Shown here: in pieces, positions 60,909 through 64,000 of the stretch
Numbering within the stretch: position 1 is the first letter of the stretch
How the letters are laid out: the number at the start of each line of letters is the position of its first letter
Origin: an uncultured Spirochaetota bacterium
Lineage (GTDB): Bacteria; Spirochaetota; Spirochaetia; SZUA-6; Fen-1364
Length of the DNA stretch: 64,000 nt
Assembly: GCA_963820525.1 (NCBI GenBank)
Contig: CAWGAA010000003.1
Location: 352,779 to 416,778, forward strand
Reading direction: 5' to 3'
Notes under the pieces: generated by a model
Databases searched by the model: none
Told to the model about the DNA's origin: nothing
Seen by the model: the letters and a program-made list of their open reading frames with translations, nothing else
Position numbers and translations under genes: made by a program

Positions 60909-61598
60909 ATGGAAAGGATACCGGAAGACGAGGCGATTGCCGAACCGGTGGATGCCCGACGTTTCAACGAAGCGATGAGCGGCAACCTTTTCAGGCAGGC
61001 GGATTATCGTCGGTTGGCACGCAAGGCGGCGGGAATGAAAATCCCGCAGGGAGGAAAGGTGCTGGATATGGGCACCGGCCCGGGCTTTGTGGCCATCGAG
61101 ACGGCCAGGTTGTTGCGGGGTACGGGCTGCCGGGTCGTGGGGATGGATCTCTCCCGATCGATGCTGATGCTGGCAGCCGAAAACGCGGCGAAGGCGGGAT
61201 TGAATGATGTATTGTCCTGGCGCGAGGGCGACGTCAAGGAGATGCCCTTCGGCGACGGCGAGTTCGACTGTGTCGTCTCGAACGACTCGCTGCACCATTG
61301 GGACGATCCGCTGCCGGTCTTTGACGAGATTGCGCGGGTGCTCAAGGATGATGGGCGGTGCATCATCCACGACTCGAAACGCCTGCAGCGCTGGGGGTCG
61401 TGGCTGTTCGTCAAGACCATCAGCCTGACAATCCCGCGCGATTTTCGCGTCCACTGGTGGAACTCGATCAAGTCGTCCTACACGGCGGATGAGCTGCGGG
61501 CAATCCTGGATAACTCGCGGCTGACGGGATGGCGGATCGAGGAGGATTTTATGGATTTGACGGTCGTCAAATCCTCCAATGACTCCCGGGAGGCGTGA
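60909..61598 (+). CDS. class I SAM-dependent methyltransferase, paralog of 60227..60907
   Basis: VLDMGTGPGFVAIE, VVGMDLSRSML, FDCVVSNDSLHHW. Starts 2 nt after the previous stop. Confidence 0.8.
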   Translation: MERIPEDEAIAEPVDARRFNEAMSGNLFRQADYRRLARKAAGMKIPQGGKVLDMGTGPGFVAIETARLLRGTGCRVVGMDLSRSMLMLAAENAAKAGLNDVLSWREGDVKEMPFGDGEFDCVVSNDSLHHWDDPLPVFDEIARVLKDDGRCIIHDSKRLQRWGSWLFVKTISLTIPRDFRVHWWNSIKSSYTADELRAILDNSRLTGWRIEEDFMDLTVVKSSNDSREA

Positions 61599-62032
61599 TT
61601 GTGCCCAGGTTGGTCAAAGGGGCCAAGTGGACGTTCGGTTGGGTGGTCGTCGGACAGGGGAAAAAGGTCATCATCCCGCCGGAGGCGTGGCGCGAGTTCG
61701 GCTTTCGGGCCGGCGATGAGGCGATCTTTACACCGGGCAGCCGCACGTCCGGCGGGTTCGGCGTCAGCACGCAGGCGCTGCTGACCGAGGCCGGCGGGAA
61801 GATGGAGGGCGCGGATTTGCGTGTGATAGACCGCGATCGGTTTGGCGATGGATGGGTGATTGTGCAGCCAGAGGTGGGCGTGAAGCCCGGCCGAAGGTTG
61901 TTGACGGTGCGCGGAAGTCGCTACGGGCTGGGGTTCGTCGCACAAGGACCGATCTATGAAGAGGCGCTGAAACACCCGGAGCTGGAAGTGTTTGGGCAAA
62001 GACGAATTAAAAGGAGTGAATACGATGGGTGA
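61595..62032 (+). CDS. hypothetical protein with AbrB/SpoVT-like swapped-hairpin N-terminus
   Basis: VVGQGKKVIIPPEAWREFGFRAGDEAIF resembles AbrB/MazE looped-hinge DNA-binding domains. Rest unknown. Confidence 0.4.
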   Translation: MIVPRLVKGAKWTFGWVVVGQGKKVIIPPEAWREFGFRAGDEAIFTPGSRTSGGFGVSTQALLTEAGGKMEGADLRVIDRDRFGDGWVIVQPEVGVKPGRRLLTVRGSRYGLGFVAQGPIYEEALKHPELEVFGQRRIKRSEYDG

Positions 62033-62139
62033 GAAGAACCGTCGACTGGTCATCGCTTTGGCGATCTCTGTGGCCTTCACGCTCCTGATGGGCGCGGCGA
62101 ATGTGTTGAACTATATCGGCGAGCGAGATGGCTAACGGG
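62029..62139 (+). CDS. small hydrophobic peptide (36 aa) MGEKNRRLVIALAISVAFTLLMGAANVLNYIGERDG
   Basis: ATGA-overlapped with the upstream gene. Single predicted TM. Speculative. Confidence 0.25.
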
Positions 62140-62268
62140 AGACGCTGGAGCCTATTGCCGGGATGCTGATGGGGCTGCTGGCGTTCCCTGTCTTCTGCAT
62201 CGGCCTGCCTGTGGCTGGCCCGACGCTGGGGGCTGGAGTTCTCCTTCTGGCCCCGCGGCAAGCGCTGG

Positions 62269-62742
62269 TTGCCGGGAGTGGCCGTGATCGCGCTCTTCCT
62301 GGTGTTGTCGCAGCAGCAGTCGCTGGAGCAGATCGCGAGGTCAGGCATACAGCCGCTCGATTTCCCAGTTCATTTCGTGTCGTCCGCCTTGTTCCACGTT
62401 TCCTACTATCCGATTTTCGCCGTCTTCCTGATGCCCGTGATCCGCAGGAGGTTCGGGCTGGTGGCGAGTCTGGTGACGACGGCGACTCTCTTCGCCCTGT
62501 TCCACCTGGCGGGCTTTTACTACTTCCCTGCGGGGGTGACGCTGCGCCTTCAAGTCCTGCTCTTTGCGTCGTTTCTCGTCAATCTGTTGTTGTATCTGTG
62601 GACGGAGAGCATCATCTTGGTGGCGCTGGTGCATGCGATCGGCGGCAGTGTGGGTTTGGCGGTCAATGGCACTCTCTTTAACCAGGTGGATGAAATGCTC
62701 GTCGTCACGGCGATCATCATGGCCGGGCTTTTGCCTACATGA
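62269..62742 (+). CDS. CPBP (CAAX protease/bacteriocin-processing) family intramembrane protein, possibly N-terminally frameshifted (alternative start region 62163)
   Basis: FALFHL (FxxxH) and HAIGGSVGLAVNG (HxxxN-like) motifs in TM helices. Upstream frame 62163 encodes a further TM segment (MLMGLLAFPVFCIGLPVAG...) adjacent to a G5 run. Confidence 0.45.
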   Translation: MPGVAVIALFLVLSQQQSLEQIARSGIQPLDFPVHFVSSALFHVSYYPIFAVFLMPVIRRRFGLVASLVTTATLFALFHLAGFYYFPAGVTLRLQVLLFASFLVNLLLYLWTESIILVALVHAIGGSVGLAVNGTLFNQVDEMLVVTAIIMAGLLPT

Positions 62743-62844
62743 TCCTCTGCGAGCTGAGCCACCGCGGGAGGCCGTATCGGGCCGGATGGTGGCTGCAAAC
62801 GCAGATCAAGGATCGGGCCGAGTAGTAATGGTGACGGCTCGGAT

Positions 62845-63606
62845 TCACTTTGTCCCGAAGATGATGCCGATTCTGCCGACCATGAACGGAAGCTTGAGCG
62901 CGCAGGGGATAAAGTCGGAAGCGCTCGTGTCCGCGAACGAAACATTGGCGGTTCCCCAGCCTCTGATCGTCTCCAGCAGATCGTCTATCCCGCCGTACAG
63001 CCCTTTGATCAGGAACAGATCCTGGAAAGCAAAGTGCCCGCCCTTGTTGATTACCCGCAGGGCTTCTTTGATGAGCTTTCGCTTGTCTTTGGCGCCGCTC
63101 ACCTCGTGGAAAACAAAATTGCTGACCGCCGCCTCAAAGAAACCATCCTCGAAGGGCAGGGCAGAGGCGCTGGCTTTCTGAAAGTCCGTCCGCTCAGCGA
63201 CGCCTGCGATCTCCGCGTTGTGTTCGCAGACCGCCTTCGAGTAGTCCCACGCCTTGCCCCAGGAGTCGATCCCGGTCACGTGGGCTTTGGGGTGCCGTCC
63301 GGCCAGGGCGATGGTCAGGGGGCCGTTGCCGCACCCGATGTCGAGGGCCCTGCCTTCGCCGTTCCAATTCAGGCGATCCAGCACCAGCTCCCAAAGCATA
63401 GCCTGGATATCCCCGCCGCGAGGGGAGAAGGCGCGGTAGGCATACACAAAGTAGGCGAGCGAGACAATGAATGGCGCTGCGCCGAGGAGGAAGGCCGGGT
63501 GCAGGAAAGATAGTCCCAAGAATAGGGCGCTCATCACGGCTGAGCCGTAGATCAGTTTGGTGGATACCCAATTGCCATAATTTGTGACCGCGATTTGTTC
63601 AGACAT
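62845..63606 (-). CDS. membrane-anchored class I SAM-dependent methyltransferase
   Basis: Two N-terminal TM helices then ALDIGCGNGPLTIAL (motif I), VTGIDSW, FEAAVSNFVFHEV. RBS AGGAGG. Confidence 0.75.
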   Translation of the reverse strand: MSEQIAVTNYGNWVSTKLIYGSAVMSALFLGLSFLHPAFLLGAAPFIVSLAYFVYAYRAFSPRGGDIQAMLWELVLDRLNWNGEGRALDIGCGNGPLTIALAGRHPKAHVTGIDSWGKAWDYSKAVCEHNAEIAGVAERTDFQKASASALPFEDGFFEAAVSNFVFHEVSGAKDKRKLIKEALRVINKGGHFAFQDLFLIKGLYGGIDDLLETIRGWGTANVSFADTSASDFIPCALKLPFMVGRIGIIFGTK

Positions 63607-63630
63607 GAGTGCCTCCTGAAGTGACCTGGA

Positions 63631-63765
63631 CTAGGAGCCTGTCGGACTTGCCTGCTTTTGTGTATGTTCATGCACAACAACCCGAGGAAACCTGCATAAA
63701 CATACACCGGCGGCCTGTCTGCTGAATTTTTATGCAGGAAACGGCCAAAGTCCGACAGGCTCCTA
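63631..63765 (-). repeat. nested inverted-repeat element (19-bp perfect outer arms, inner 10-bp and 13-bp arms allowing alternative pairings)
   Basis: CTAGGAGCCTGTCGGACTT ... AAGTCCGACAGGCTCCTAG. Inside: CCTGCATAAA / TTTATGCAGG and GTGTATGTTTATG / CATGAACATACAC. Confidence 0.45.
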
Positions 63766-64000
63766 GATCCCTGCAATCACGATACAGTGTGTCCCGTTGA
63801 TGCGTCCAAATCTCGTCCCATCTTCTGCCGTGAGATAAACTGCCTCCAGATCGGACGGCGTATAGTGCGAGAGAAGCTTGAGCCCGCGCTCGGCGAGAAA
63901 ACCCTCGATTGCTCCTGCTTCGATGCCGAACGTCCATCCCTCGCCCGTACGTGCAACGGTGTCATAGATCCCCTGCTCGCCGTAGAACCGGTTCTCGCGC
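63765..64000 (-). CDS. C-terminal fragment of a putative SAM-dependent methyltransferase (gene continues beyond window)
   Basis: Minus-strand frame ..RENRFYGEQGIYDTVARTGEGWTFGIEAGAIEGFLAERGLKLLSHYTPSDLEAVYLTAEDGTRFGRINGTHCIVIAGI* ends at 63762-63764. Confidence 0.4.

Overview
This is a high-GC (about 62%) bacterial chromosomal window with one 16S/23S rRNA operon, a run of housekeeping genes, and then a long accessory region.

Left end: the rRNA operon lies on the minus strand. It comprises the 23S 5' part, a spacer tRNA-Ala and the 16S. No tRNA-Ile was detected in the spacer.

3–27 kb, housekeeping block: phospholipid-synthesis transferases; thrS with an upstream T-box-like leader; an ATP-cone/uridine-kinase fusion; a GT28 glycolipid synthase; transketolase; secD-secF-yajC; a MerR regulator; groEL with no adjacent groES; birA; and a zwf-opcA-pgl pentose-phosphate operon.

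27–64 kb, accessory region:
- A PAS/GAF hybrid histidine kinase is translationally coupled to kaiB. Just upstream lie a start-less kaiB paralog and a KaiC fragment that lacks the P-loop.
- A YtrA/GntR-controlled envelope locus holds SPFH, a MacB-like ABC ATPase, two FtsX permeases, a LolA-like protein and a beta-barrel OMP. One permease is frameshifted.
- mbfA (erythrin-VIT1) is followed by a PAS sigma54 activator.
- Two near-identical sigma54 promoter/leader modules sit ahead of a radical-SAM gene and of a large metallocofactor cluster.
- A DtxR-feoAB iron locus lies between the radical-SAM locus and the metallocofactor cluster.
- The metallocofactor cluster contains three Nitro_FeMo-Co/NifX-like proteins, a DUF5320-like protein, an ABC-2 exporter, two MinD-ferredoxin ATPases, an Mrp/NBP35-NifX fusion, FmdE, FmdB, ZIP and an MBL hydrolase. 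No nifHDK is present in the window.
- The right end carries a peroxiredoxin, an FGE-domain protein, a VanY-like peptidase with an in-frame stop, TetR and PadR regulators with clear palindromic operators, an array of paralogous SAM methyltransferases (the first copy degraded), and a structured nested inverted-repeat element between methyltransferase genes.

No CRISPR array, integrase or transposase was recognised. All domain assignments are from reading motifs in the translations. No database search was run.
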